From Alphaproteobacteria bacterium (GTDB lineage: Bacteria > Pseudomonadota > Alphaproteobacteria > Rs-D84), in assembly GCA_017427715.1 (NCBI GenBank), contig JAFRSF010000002.1:1-60179 (forward strand): DNA of 60,179 nt. The letters are read 5' to 3'. Positions 41,613 through 50,669 of the stretch are shown here, one piece after another. The notes under the pieces were generated by a model. The model was not told where the DNA came from and searched no databases. It was given only the letters and a program-made list of their open reading frames with translations. Numbering within the stretch: position 1 is the stretch's first letter; every line of letters starts with the position of its first letter. A program made the translations under genes and the position numbers.

Positions 41613-43883
41613 TCAGAACTGTGTCGCAAAAGACAACAGAAACCGTTGTTCTTGGTCGTATTCGTTTATCTTTAATGGCCAACCCCATGAAAAATTCATT
41701 GGTCCCATAGGCGTATTCCAATAAATCCCCACACCCACAGATGTACGCCAATCGTCATCTATTATGTTTGGTTTACCATTAAATTCATATTCGCGTCTTG
41801 GCGGTTTGCCCAAAATACCATAATCAGCGAACACAAAACCTTTGATTTGATATTCGTCTGGAATAAATATCGGAAAGTTTAACTGTGTTGACCCATTTGC
41901 TTTCCATAACCCACCTAAAGAATAACTTCTGTAATACCAGTTTCTTGAACCAATACCAGCGACATCAAACCCACGCAAAGAATCACCACCCAAGAAATAA
42001 CGATATACACGTGGAATATAATTATCTGATTCCAAAGATTGTATATAACCCAAATCCCAAGAAGTGCTTAATTGCCATCTGTCATCAAAGAATTTGACCA
42101 TGGCGGTTATATCAGCATTATATCGCATAAACGTATTTGTTCCACCGAACCCGGTATAAGATGCCCCTAAATCCCCCACAATACCTGTATGAGTATTTTG
42201 TTGGAAATTAGTGTTAAGATTGTAATATCTTAGGTTCGTTCCCAACGTATATAAATCGGCTTTGTGCCACCCACCCAATTGTAAATCATAGTTTTGGTCA
42301 AATGTTGCTGATAAACGTACACTTTGTGTCCAATGATCTGTCAAACGCCAGCCCAAACGACCAGATATTGAAAAAGAATCCCTATCATATCCATAACCAC
42401 CTAATTTAGAATATTTATATTGGGTATAAGAAACATCAAATCCACCAGATAATTCGCGATTAAACAAGAAAGGTTCTGTAAAACTGAATACTGCCTGACG
42501 TTGATATTGTGCAATAGAACCTTTGATTTGAACAATTTGTCCACGTCCCATAAAATTATTTTCTGTAATTCCTGCATCAACCATAAAACCGTTAATAGAT
42601 GACCAACCAAATCCACCAGACAATTCACCAGTTGGTTGTTCTTCTATTTTTACATCTAAATTCATCATATTTGCATCAGCCAATCTAGTTGGCACCATTT
42701 GAACATTTTTGAAATAACGCGTTCTCATCAAGTTTTGTCGTGCAGTTTCAGTTGTTTGCAAAGAAAATGGATCGCCTTCACGCATAGGCATATGATGTTC
42801 AATAACATTATCAAAAGTACGTACATTGCCCAATAAATTAATATTGTTTATATAAATACGATGAGTTTTATTTATTTTAAAATCCAAATCCACAATTCTC
42901 GTGTCTTCATGTTTATTTGGAACAGCATCAACATTTATAAACGCATAACCATAATCTGCAATTGCGCCACGCAACGCATTTATAGATGCATCAATTTCAT
43001 CTATGTTATAAATATCCTTTTTTGATACAGTCAAAATCTTTAATAGTTCTTTTGTTGGGACATCTTCAAACGGGTTGTCTATGCTAATTTCACCGATTTT
43101 ATATTGATTACCTTCGTCAACGGTATATTTTACAGAATAATATTCACGAGTGGGGGTAAATTCACCTTTGGCATCTGTGATACGAAAATCCAAAAAACCA
43201 TTTCGCATATAAAATTGATGTAATAACTGTTGATCGTATTTAATTCTGTCTTCATCGTAAACATCAAATTGTGTCATAAATCGCCACCACGCATGTTCAC
43301 GAGATAATATTTCGCCGCGTAACGTTCTGGCACTGAATTTTTTATTATTTTCAAAATCTATGTCACGAATATAAGTCGGATGTCCTTCTGTTATTTCATA
43401 AACAACATTAACACGATTATTATCTAAATCTATTTTCTTTGGGTTGATTTTTGTTCCGAAAAAACCCTTGCGCTGGTACAACGTTAACATCCTTTGTACA
43501 TCTGCACCGATTACAGATATATCATAAGAAGTACGTTCTTTGGTCTTTATTTCTTTTTTTAAATCATCAGTGTCAATTTCATCGTTTCCTTCTATGGTCA
43601 CCATGTTAATAACAGGTGCTTCTATGACCGATATTTTCAACACATTACCATTTAATTGTGCATTTACATTTGAAAAATATCCACTGGATTGCAGTTTTTT
43701 TGCAACATTGTTAATTGTTTCAGAATTAACATTATCACCAATTTTAACATCAGATAAAATACGCACGGATTCAGCATCCATTCGTTGATTACCTTTTACG
43801 TCTATTCTGGAAACAACTGTGGCATTTGCAATATTACAGATGCCAATTAAAAATATTAAAAATAATAATTTATTTTTCTGCAT
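41613..43883 (-). CDS. bamA: Outer membrane protein assembly factor BamA
   Basis: POTRA repeats, LRGF motif, W.TPMGP..F, terminal Phe. Confidence 0.95.
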   Translation of the reverse strand: MQKNKLLFLIFLIGICNIANATVVSRIDVKGNQRMDAESVRILSDVKIGDNVNSETINNVAKKLQSSGYFSNVNAQLNGNVLKISVIEAPVINMVTIEGNDEIDTDDLKKEIKTKERTSYDISVIGADVQRMLTLYQRKGFFGTKINPKKIDLDNNRVNVVYEITEGHPTYIRDIDFENNKKFSARTLRGEILSREHAWWRFMTQFDVYDEDRIKYDQQLLHQFYMRNGFLDFRITDAKGEFTPTREYYSVKYTVDEGNQYKIGEISIDNPFEDVPTKELLKILTVSKKDIYNIDEIDASINALRGAIADYGYAFINVDAVPNKHEDTRIVDLDFKINKTHRIYINNINLLGNVRTFDNVIEHHMPMREGDPFSLQTTETARQNLMRTRYFKNVQMVPTRLADANMMNLDVKIEEQPTGELSGGFGWSSINGFMVDAGITENNFMGRGQIVQIKGSIAQYQRQAVFSFTEPFLFNRELSGGFDVSYTQYKYSKLGGYGYDRDSFSISGRLGWRLTDHWTQSVRLSATFDQNYDLQLGGWHKADLYTLGTNLRYYNLNTNFQQNTHTGIVGDLGASYTGFGGTNTFMRYNADITAMVKFFDDRWQLSTSWDLGYIQSLESDNYIPRVYRYFLGGDSLRGFDVAGIGSRNWYYRSYSLGGLWKANGSTQLNFPIFIPDEYQIKGFVFADYGILGKPPRREYEFNGKPNIIDDDWRTSVGVGIYWNTPMGPMNFSWGWPLKINEYDQEQRFLLSFATQF

Positions 43884-43884
43884 T

Positions 43885-44946
43885 TTAATTCAACCTAAAT
43901 ACGCGCGCTATATCGTTCCACATAGTGAACAAAAATAACAACATGATTAAAATCCAACCACAAACGATTGTGATATCCATTGCTTTGCCGTCTAATTTAC
44001 GATGAATAATTGCTTCTATGAACAATATCAGCAAATATCCGCCGTCTAATACAGGCAAAGGTAACAAGTTTATTATCCCCAGATTCACAGATAATAACGC
44101 AATAATAGCCATGAAAGCAAAGAAACCCATTTCCAACGCATGTCCAGAAACCTGTGCTATTGTAATGAAAGACCCTAATTGTTTTGAAGATCTTTCACCT
44201 GTGATAATTTGCTTTAATACAACCAACAGATTTTTTGATTGATAATATGTTTCGCGCAATCCTGAATACAATGCGTTAAAAAATGGTTTCGTGTGTGCTT
44301 CGGTTTTTTTGCTGCCATCTGCGATTAATCCCCAACGTGGGGCAGGTGATAATTGCACATTAATCAGTTTATTTTTACGTGCAATCATAACATTTGCATT
44401 GTGTTTAGAAGATATTTCTTTGGCGATAATTAATTCGCCCCAATTATCAATGTGTACGTTATTTATCTTCATAATAACATCGCCTGGTTTTATACCTGCA
44501 TTAAATGCGATACTGTTTCGAACAACTTGTCCAATGACTGGTAATTGCAATGTGCGTGGACGAAACATGAAATCAGCCGAATACAGCAACCATGCCAGCA
44601 TAAAATTCATGACCACCCCAGCAGCAATAATTATAAACTGTTTCCAGGCGGGTACAGACAGATAATGTCCCACTTTCTTGGCTGGGGGTAAATCTGCATA
44701 TTTTTTGCGATGAAACATATCTTCTTGACCATAAATAGAAACATATCCACCCAGCGGTAAACAGCACAGTTTCCATACCGTACCATGTTTATCAGTCCAT
44801 TTAAATAATGGATGACCAAATCCAATAGAAAACGCATCAACACGAACACCGGCCCATCGTGCAGCCATAAAATGACCTGCTTCGTGAATGAATACAACTA
44901 TACCCAACACTACCAATAATGCAACAACAGGTAAAATTATATGCAT
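43885..44946 (-). CDS. rseP: Site-2 protease RseP
   Basis: HEAGH, FSIGFG, PDZ domain, NLLPLPVLDGG motifs. Confidence 0.94.
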   Translation of the reverse strand: MHIILPVVALLVVLGIVVFIHEAGHFMAARWAGVRVDAFSIGFGHPLFKWTDKHGTVWKLCCLPLGGYVSIYGQEDMFHRKKYADLPPAKKVGHYLSVPAWKQFIIIAAGVVMNFMLAWLLYSADFMFRPRTLQLPVIGQVVRNSIAFNAGIKPGDVIMKINNVHIDNWGELIIAKEISSKHNANVMIARKNKLINVQLSPAPRWGLIADGSKKTEAHTKPFFNALYSGLRETYYQSKNLLVVLKQIITGERSSKQLGSFITIAQVSGHALEMGFFAFMAIIALLSVNLGIINLLPLPVLDGGYLLILFIEAIIHRKLDGKAMDITIVCGWILIMLLFLFTMWNDIARVFRLN

Positions 44947-44970
44947 GATTTTTTCATCTCCATCGTGTTT

Positions 44971-45651
44971 TTACTTTATAATAAACCAAATCAAAGGCAG
45001 AACATAAATCCAACCATCAAATCTGTCCAGTATTCCGCCATGTCCTGGTAATAAAGTACCAAAATCTTTGATTTCAAGTTTTCTTTTTATAAAACTGGCA
45101 GTCAAATCACCATATTGTGATAATAATGAAATACTGATACCGATGAAAATCGCATTTTGTACAAAGCCGCCAAACAATTTGTAATATAACAGCGACATCA
45201 AAGTGCCACAGATAATACCGCCAATTTGTCCGGCCCATGTTTTATGTGCTGATATTTTTTCCCATAATTTGTCGCCACCAAAAATCGAGCCAAACAACCA
45301 GCCACCAACATCAGCCCCAACAATTATCATCAACAACCACAACATCAATAATGGTCGACCTGCAACAGAATACACAGATATCAACATCAAAACCAATAAA
45401 CAAACAAATACTGACACAGGCAAAACATTCTTTTGAACAATTTCACTTGGTGTATTTTTAATAGATTTTACCAATTCGTAAATACACCCCATTACAACAA
45501 ATATTCCCAGCCATCTTATTGCATGGAAAGGTGCAACCGATAACAAAGGTATTCCATATTTTTCAAGTGATACAGCAACACAAACAATGGCAAGCATCAC
45601 AGTCGCTGTTATAACACGCAAAGCAGTATTAGACATTTCAGATAATTTCAT
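44971..45651 (-). CDS. cdsA: Phosphatidate cytidylyltransferase
   Basis: IS.HKTWAG and GDL..S.IKR....KDFG.LLPGHGGILDRFD motifs. Confidence 0.93.
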   Translation of the reverse strand: MKLSEMSNTALRVITATVMLAIVCVAVSLEKYGIPLLSVAPFHAIRWLGIFVVMGCIYELVKSIKNTPSEIVQKNVLPVSVFVCLLVLMLISVYSVAGRPLLMLWLLMIIVGADVGGWLFGSIFGGDKLWEKISAHKTWAGQIGGIICGTLMSLLYYKLFGGFVQNAIFIGISISLLSQYGDLTASFIKRKLEIKDFGTLLPGHGGILDRFDGWIYVLPLIWFIIK

Positions 45652-46406
45652 TTTTTATTCCCCAGATAATTTTTCTTTTTCCCGCCACCAAAACGTCTAT
45701 CGCGTTTCGTGTATTCGTCTAAAATATGTTGCCATAATTTTTCAGATTTTACCAAATCGGGCCAATGTTCAGGTATGAATAATAATTCCGCATACGCAAG
45801 TTTCCACAGCAAGAAATTAGATATTCTGTGTTCGTTGCTGGTACGAACCACCAAATCAATCGGCAGTAAATCACCAGTATCTAAAAACGTTTCAAAAGTA
45901 TCTTTATCTACATGATTACCAGTGTCAATTGCCGCATTAACTGCACGAACAATTTCATCTTGTCCGCCATAGTTTAATGCAAAAACAACTGTGCCACCTG
46001 TGTTTTCTGCGGACATCTTTTCCAGTTTATCGCACACATTAGCCAATTTTTTAGGCAATCTTTCGCGGGATCCAACGATACGATAGCGCAAATTTTTTTT
46101 GACCCCATTTTCCAGATTATTTTTCATTTCTGTATAAAATAAATCCATCAGAAAATCGACTTCTTCTTTTGATCTGGACCAATTTTCAGTAGAAAAAATA
46201 AAGAAAGTCATTGTTGAAACACCATGTGCAATAAACCAATCTACCATATTTGAATGGCTAGCAAGACCTGCTTGGTGTCCCATCAAAGGTGGTAAACCAT
46301 GATTTTCGGCCCATCTGCGGTTGCCGTCACAAATGAAAGCAATATGGTTGGGTATTTTCACAGGTGTTGATTTTTCAGATGTTTTTTTCTTCAAAAAATG
46401 TAACAT
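45648..46406 (-). CDS. uppS: Undecaprenyl diphosphate synthase
   Basis: HIAFICDGNRRWA, FSTENWSR, NYGG, RTS.E.RISNFLLW, RRFGG motifs. Confidence 0.95.
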   Translation of the reverse strand: MLHFLKKKTSEKSTPVKIPNHIAFICDGNRRWAENHGLPPLMGHQAGLASHSNMVDWFIAHGVSTMTFFIFSTENWSRSKEEVDFLMDLFYTEMKNNLENGVKKNLRYRIVGSRERLPKKLANVCDKLEKMSAENTGGTVVFALNYGGQDEIVRAVNAAIDTGNHVDKDTFETFLDTGDLLPIDLVVRTSNEHRISNFLLWKLAYAELLFIPEHWPDLVKSEKLWQHILDEYTKRDRRFGGGKKKNYLGNKK

Positions 46407-46428
46407 TTTTGAATCCTTGTTGGTTTCG

Positions 46429-46989
46429 TTATACAGACATAATGTCGGTTTCTTTTTGTTTGGCAATTGCATCAACTTCAGCACTACGACCATCAAAAAC
46501 TTTTTGTAAATCTTCTTCGTACCTGTGTTGTTCGTCTTCTGAAATTTCTTTATCTGTACCAGCACGTTTGATTTTATTCATAGCGTCCTGGCGAATATTA
46601 CGCATAGATATCTTTGCTTCTTCTGCATATTTACCAGATACTTTGGTTAATTCGCGGCGGCGTTCTTCTGTCAAAGGTGGCAAATTCAATCTAATTACAC
46701 CACCAGCAGTCATAGGATTTAATCCCAAACCAGAATCACGAATCGCTTTTTCAACAGCGGGTGCATTAGAAACATCCCATACAGTGACAGACAAAGTTTG
46801 ATTGTCTGGTGTAGATACTGTTGCAACTTGGTTCAAAGGCATTTCAGAACCGTACACCGGCACACGAACCCCGTCCAGCAAATGCACAGAAGCACGACCT
46901 GTGCGTAAACCTGCGTATTCGTTTTGTAATACTTCCAAAGTTTGGGCTGTTTTTTGTTCTACTTCGGCTTTTAATGAATTATAATCCAT
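46429..46989 (-). CDS. frr: Ribosome recycling factor
   Basis: LRTGRAS, GLNP, PPLTEERR.EL.K, RNIRQD motifs. Confidence 0.96.
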   Translation of the reverse strand: MDYNSLKAEVEQKTAQTLEVLQNEYAGLRTGRASVHLLDGVRVPVYGSEMPLNQVATVSTPDNQTLSVTVWDVSNAPAVEKAIRDSGLGLNPMTAGGVIRLNLPPLTEERRRELTKVSGKYAEEAKISMRNIRQDAMNKIKRAGTDKEISEDEQHRYEEDLQKVFDGRSAEVDAIAKQKETDIMSV

Positions 46990-47091
46990 AGAAATCTCCT
47001 TGTTGTAATAGTGTTCAAAGAAAGATTAGCAAAATGATTTGACATTTGGCAAGAAGAAATATAAAATAAATCACACATATGATAGATTATC

Positions 47092-47167
47092 GGGGTTGTA
47101 GCTCAGTTGGTAGAGCACTTGCATGGCATGCAAGGGGTCGTCAGTTCGAATCTGATCAGCTCCACCA
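47092..47167 (+). tRNA. tRNA-Ala(GGC)
   Basis: G3:U70 pair, anticodon arm CTTGC-ATGGCAT-GCAAG, encoded CCA. Confidence 0.96.
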
Positions 47168-47258
47168 TTAAAATTGTTGGCTCGCATAAATAAATGCGGG
47201 CTTATTTTTTGTTGTATTTCTGTACATCTTAGTAGGTTCTCATCTGACCCTTGCGCCT

Positions 47259-47294
47259 AAATAAAAAACGCACCTTTCGGTGTTTTTTTATTTA
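47259..47294. terminator. Bidirectional terminator
   Basis: AAATAAAAAACGCACC-TTTC-GGTGTTTTTTTATTT. Confidence 0.6.
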
Positions 47295-47755
47295 TGGGGC
47301 GGGTGACCAGATTGATTTCGCTTTGCTCAATTCCCCTTGGCTCGTTCGCGTTGCTCACCGGCATACTATGATGCAATCAAAAGTGATTTTTACAAAACTT
47401 ACGACCAGAGTGAGTTTTTAGATATATTTCAAAGTTTTTCGCTTTTTGCTCATCATCAAAAGCAATATAACTTTTAATTCTCCATGGTTTGTATTTATTG
47501 GTATGTATAGATTGTCCAGTATTATGTTCTTTTAATCTTTGTTTCAAATCGTTTGTGTAACCAACATAGAAAGTATCGGTATAATTAACTGATTGTAATA
47601 TATAAACGTAGTACATTATTTGGCCCGTCTTTTTGTCTTGTTTTTTTATAAAAAAATGCGACCAAAAAGCCGCGGCATTCCGTTTTGCAACGCATCAAAT
47701 CCGCTCGATCGCGGCTTTGCTGACGGCAAAGACGGATGGGGCGGGTGACCAGATT
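47294..47755 (-). mobile_element. GIY-YIG mini-element bounded by a duplicated tRNA-His 3' end
   Basis: 20-bp direct repeat ATGGGGCGGGTGACCAGATT at 47294-47313 and 47736-47755. Confidence 0.65.
47377..47616 (-). CDS. Stand-alone GIY-YIG nuclease
   Basis: YYVYILQS....FYVGYT.DL..RL.EHN.G and A..FE.YLK motifs. Confidence 0.9.
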   Translation of the reverse strand: MYYVYILQSVNYTDTFYVGYTNDLKQRLKEHNTGQSIHTNKYKPWRIKSYIAFDDEQKAKNFEIYLKTHSGRKFCKNHF

Positions 47756-47814
47756 CGAACTGGCGACATTTGGTACCACAAACCAACGCTCTAACCAACT
47801 GAGCTACACCCGCC
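47737..47814 (-). tRNA. tRNA-His(GTG)
   Basis: Anticodon arm TTGGT-TTGTGGT-ACCAA, with G-1, C73 and CCA encoded. Confidence 0.96.
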
Positions 47815-47821
47815 AAAAAAA

Positions 47822-47898
47822 TGGCGCGCCCAGAAGGATTCGAACCCTCAACCTTCTGATCCGTAGTCAGATGCTCTATCCAATTGAGCCATGGGCGC
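47822..47898 (-). tRNA. tRNA-Arg(ACG)
   Basis: Anticodon arm TCTGA-CTACGGA-TCAGA, encoded CCA. Confidence 0.96.
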
Positions 47899-48089
47899 AA
47901 CGGTCTTATATTTTATACGGTTTTATTTATTTTGCAAGTAAAAACGAAAATATTTTGTGATAAAAAAACTTGAAACAAATAAATTAAATTATTACAATCT
48001 ATATCCGAAAAAGGACAGAGGACAAAATAGGAATACAGGGAAAACCACAGACAATACCACGCGAAGAGAGAAAAAAAGGACCTAAACCC

Positions 48090-49022
48090 GTGAAAGCCGC
48101 AGAAACCTACACACACACAACTAAGGCGTTGCTGAGCTTTTTTGTGTTTGTCTTGGTACTATGTGATTTTGCGCGATGTGCGACAATCAGTGGTCCGGTT
48201 ATAACATTAAATCATAATACAAATCCGTCTCAGGGTAATTGCCCAAATAATTCGTATGTAATAACATTATCAGACACTGCGTATAATAATATGTTATTTG
48301 TGCATGGAATGAATGTTTGTCCCAGCGGTTATTCTAGAATAAAATTGAATGGCGTGACAATTGGCACTGCTACGACAACATTTACACACAATACAACATC
48401 TTCTGGTACATGCAGAAACGGGTATAAACAAATACCATTATTGGTGAACACGACATTTAGTAAATATTACAACAAAAATTGTGTAGACGGCACTGCGTAT
48501 ACGTATCGTCCTGATAATCCGCCTGAAATAGTGCCTGCATATGATGGTGTAATCTTTGGTACACAAATACAAACATGTGAAAACGGATATTTAAATAATG
48601 GTACGTGTGTTTCGTATCAACAGGGAAATTGTCCAGATAATTATCAGGGCATGGCAATAAATGCAAATACGATTATCGCATTAAATAACGGCAATTGCAA
48701 CAGCGGATACACAAAAATAGAAATAGAAAGTCCGTGTCAGGGTGCAGCAACGACATCATCGACATGTATGAAGTTGTGCGAATCGGGTTATGCATATACC
48801 GCGAATGGGACATGTGAAAATATTCAATGTCCATATGGTGGTGGTGTATTTGAATCTGGGGTTGGGCGCAATTATCAGATGTATTCCGGTAAACAAACAA
48901 CCCCGACAATAACGGCCAGGGTCGGTTCAGGTAAATGCTATATCAATTTGGCACCAGGTGCTGCAACTGGCAACGCAATAAATATACGAATGAACGGTAC
49001 AACATATCATTTAACAGATTAA
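48090..49022 (+). CDS. Secreted Cys-rich repeat protein with a (CA)5 tract in its signal-peptide region
   Basis: GTG start with AAGGA SD, repeated G.CP.GY..I modules, shared C-terminal domain. Confidence 0.75.
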   Translation: MKAAETYTHTTKALLSFFVFVLVLCDFARCATISGPVITLNHNTNPSQGNCPNNSYVITLSDTAYNNMLFVHGMNVCPSGYSRIKLNGVTIGTATTTFTHNTTSSGTCRNGYKQIPLLVNTTFSKYYNKNCVDGTAYTYRPDNPPEIVPAYDGVIFGTQIQTCENGYLNNGTCVSYQQGNCPDNYQGMAINANTIIALNNGNCNSGYTKIEIESPCQGAATTSSTCMKLCESGYAYTANGTCENIQCPYGGGVFESGVGRNYQMYSGKQTTPTITARVGSGKCYINLAPGAATGNAINIRMNGTTYHLTD

Positions 49023-49036
49023 GCAAAGGAGAACTA

Positions 49037-49531
49037 ATGAAAAAACTTATAATAACATTATTTGTATGCGTTGTATACGGCATGCCAACTTATGGTGCAA
49101 ATGTATGTGCAAAAACTGGTACGTATATCGGGGTGTTAAAAAAGGATGTCAATGGTACAGTTTCTGCGACAGATATGACAACCAAATCATGGAAAATATT
49201 ATTTGATTATGACGGGGACAATGTTAACGAAAAAATGATAACAGGTCTGGCATCGTGCAATGGTATAACAGGGACATTTGGGATTTCTGTTACCAATTTA
49301 TACACAGATGCATCAGATGTTGGTACATATTGCTGGTGCAAAATGGAACCTGTTATTACGTATTATACAGCAGAAAACAAACGACCGACCGGAATAACAT
49401 CATATTGGACATTTTTACAGACGTTTAACAGCGAAACTAATTGCGCCAGTGATTGTACATCCGAATGTGCAGATGCTGTTGCCAACAATACAAGTGATTT
49501 TCGTTATAAATTATTTGAAGCAATCTGGTAA
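49037..49531 (+). CDS. Secreted Cys-rich protein, paralogue of the DGR target
   Basis: AAGGAG SD, signal peptide, G.YCWCK, SYW.F, C.SDC...C...V.NN...FR..LF. Confidence 0.82.
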   Translation: MKKLIITLFVCVVYGMPTYGANVCAKTGTYIGVLKKDVNGTVSATDMTTKSWKILFDYDGDNVNEKMITGLASCNGITGTFGISVTNLYTDASDVGTYCWCKMEPVITYYTAENKRPTGITSYWTFLQTFNSETNCASDCTSECADAVANNTSDFRYKLFEAIW

Positions 49532-49547
49532 ATTACGGGGGAATGAA

Positions 49548-50030
49548 ATGAATAAATATATAAATAAAATAATATTTGTGACATTATTAATAATTGCAAT
49601 TTATCCGGCATACAGTGCGGTTGATATGTGCGTGGCAGATAATTCAACGGCAATTGTATTGGACCCATCGATTGGTGGATCAAATTATAGCAGTAACTCT
49701 ACCACAGCAACATGGTGGACAGTCTTTAATTATGGAACAATTGTGGGTGTATATGCGTGTCTAAGCAGCAAGCAAAACCTGAGCCAATACAATGTGTATA
49801 GCGCAAATAATGGTGTTTTGGTGGATAACAACGTAACAGTTACTGGCGGTGAACAAAATGGTCAACACTGTTGGTGTAAAATAACACACCCGGTGGCTTC
49901 GCTTTGGGGGTTCAACAGCTCGGGCAGTTCGTTGTCGGACTGCGTTTCGCATTGCGCGAATAACTGTGGCAACACCGTCCGGAGCTACGCGGCTTTCCGT
50001 TCTGCGTTGTTTGGTTCGGTCGCGTATTGA
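49548..50030 (+). CDS. DGR target: 160-aa secreted Cys-rich protein with a C-terminal variable region
   Basis: Signal peptide MNKYINKIIFVTLLIIAIYPAYS. The last ~45 codons are the VR. Confidence 0.92.
   Translation: MNKYINKIIFVTLLIIAIYPAYSAVDMCVADNSTAIVLDPSIGGSNYSSNSTTATWWTVFNYGTIVGVYACLSSKQNLSQYNVYSANNGVLVDNNVTVTGGEQNGQHCWCKITHPVASLWGFNSSGSSLSDCVSHCANNCGNTVRSYAAFRSALFGSVAY
49891..50023 (+). repeat. DGR variable repeat (VR)
   Basis: 124/133 identical to TR. Differences at 49918, 49923, 49924, 49950, 49975, 49981, 49984, 49986 and 49992 are all A in TR. Confidence 0.97.
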
Positions 50031-50078
50031 TGTCCGTTGGGGCGATATCACGTGTGGCGAAAGGGGCGAATGGACGTT

Positions 50079-50163
50079 TACGCGCAGCGCGTAGCACGTA
50101 GAACGACCCCCCTTTGGGGGGTGCGGCATAAGCCGCGGGGGGAAAAGACCCACCCATGGTGGG
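50079..50163 (+). other. GC-rich hairpin cluster downstream of the VR (candidate target-recognition cruciforms)
   Basis: TACGCG-CAG-CGCGTA, ACCCCCC-TTT-GGGGGGT, GCGGC-ATAA-GCCGC, CCCACC-CAT-GGTGGG. Confidence 0.65.
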
Positions 50164-50279
50164 AATTCTATTTAGTTTTTGTTGTACCCGTATGACGGTC
50201 AATACGGTAAATACAACAAAAAGGGTTGCACACCGTAACGGTTGTGCGTCATGACCCATTTGTGGGGTTACTTTTTGTT

Positions 50280-50412
50280 CGGTGGCTTCGCTTTGGGGGT
50301 TCAACAACTCGAACAGTTCGTTGTCGGACTGCGTTTCGAATTGCGCGAATAACTGTGGCAACAACGTCCAGAACAACGCGACTTTCCGTTCTGCGTTGTT
50401 TGGTTCGGTCGC
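50280..50412 (+). ncRNA. DGR template repeat (TR)
   Basis: Intergenic copy of the VR with 10 AAY triplets and 24 adenines in total, and an A-free 3' end. Confidence 0.95.
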
Positions 50413-50669
50413 TCCTTGGGTAAGGTAATAACTTTGCCACCTAAGACAAAGTTTGGCTAACCTGCAGGACAAAGCGTTGAAACGCTTTTCAGATGTCCGT
50501 ATCAAGATATCTGTTTTATAATGCCTTGCACATCAAAGGCGGGGTGTGTAACCTGTCCTGACCAGACGAATACAATGCGCAGGGGATATCTGGACTAGTA
50601 ATTTGGTGTGTATCGTGATGAACGTCCTGGATATCCAATTTTAACAATTTTGAACAAAGGACAATATCA

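Noticed and set aside
47585-47960. ORFs overlapping the tRNA-His/tRNA-Arg pair
   Set aside because: Spurious translations of tRNA genes.
49400-49531. Second VR in the upstream paralogue
   Set aside because: Cys spacing matches at protein level, but the DNA differs from TR at many non-adenine positions and lacks the A-free 3' tract and hairpins.
49761-50505. ORFs 49761..50153, 49912..50505, 50226..50423 and 50249..50440
   Set aside because: Shadow frames of the GC-rich, stop-poor VR/TR repeats, with no SD or recognisable motifs.
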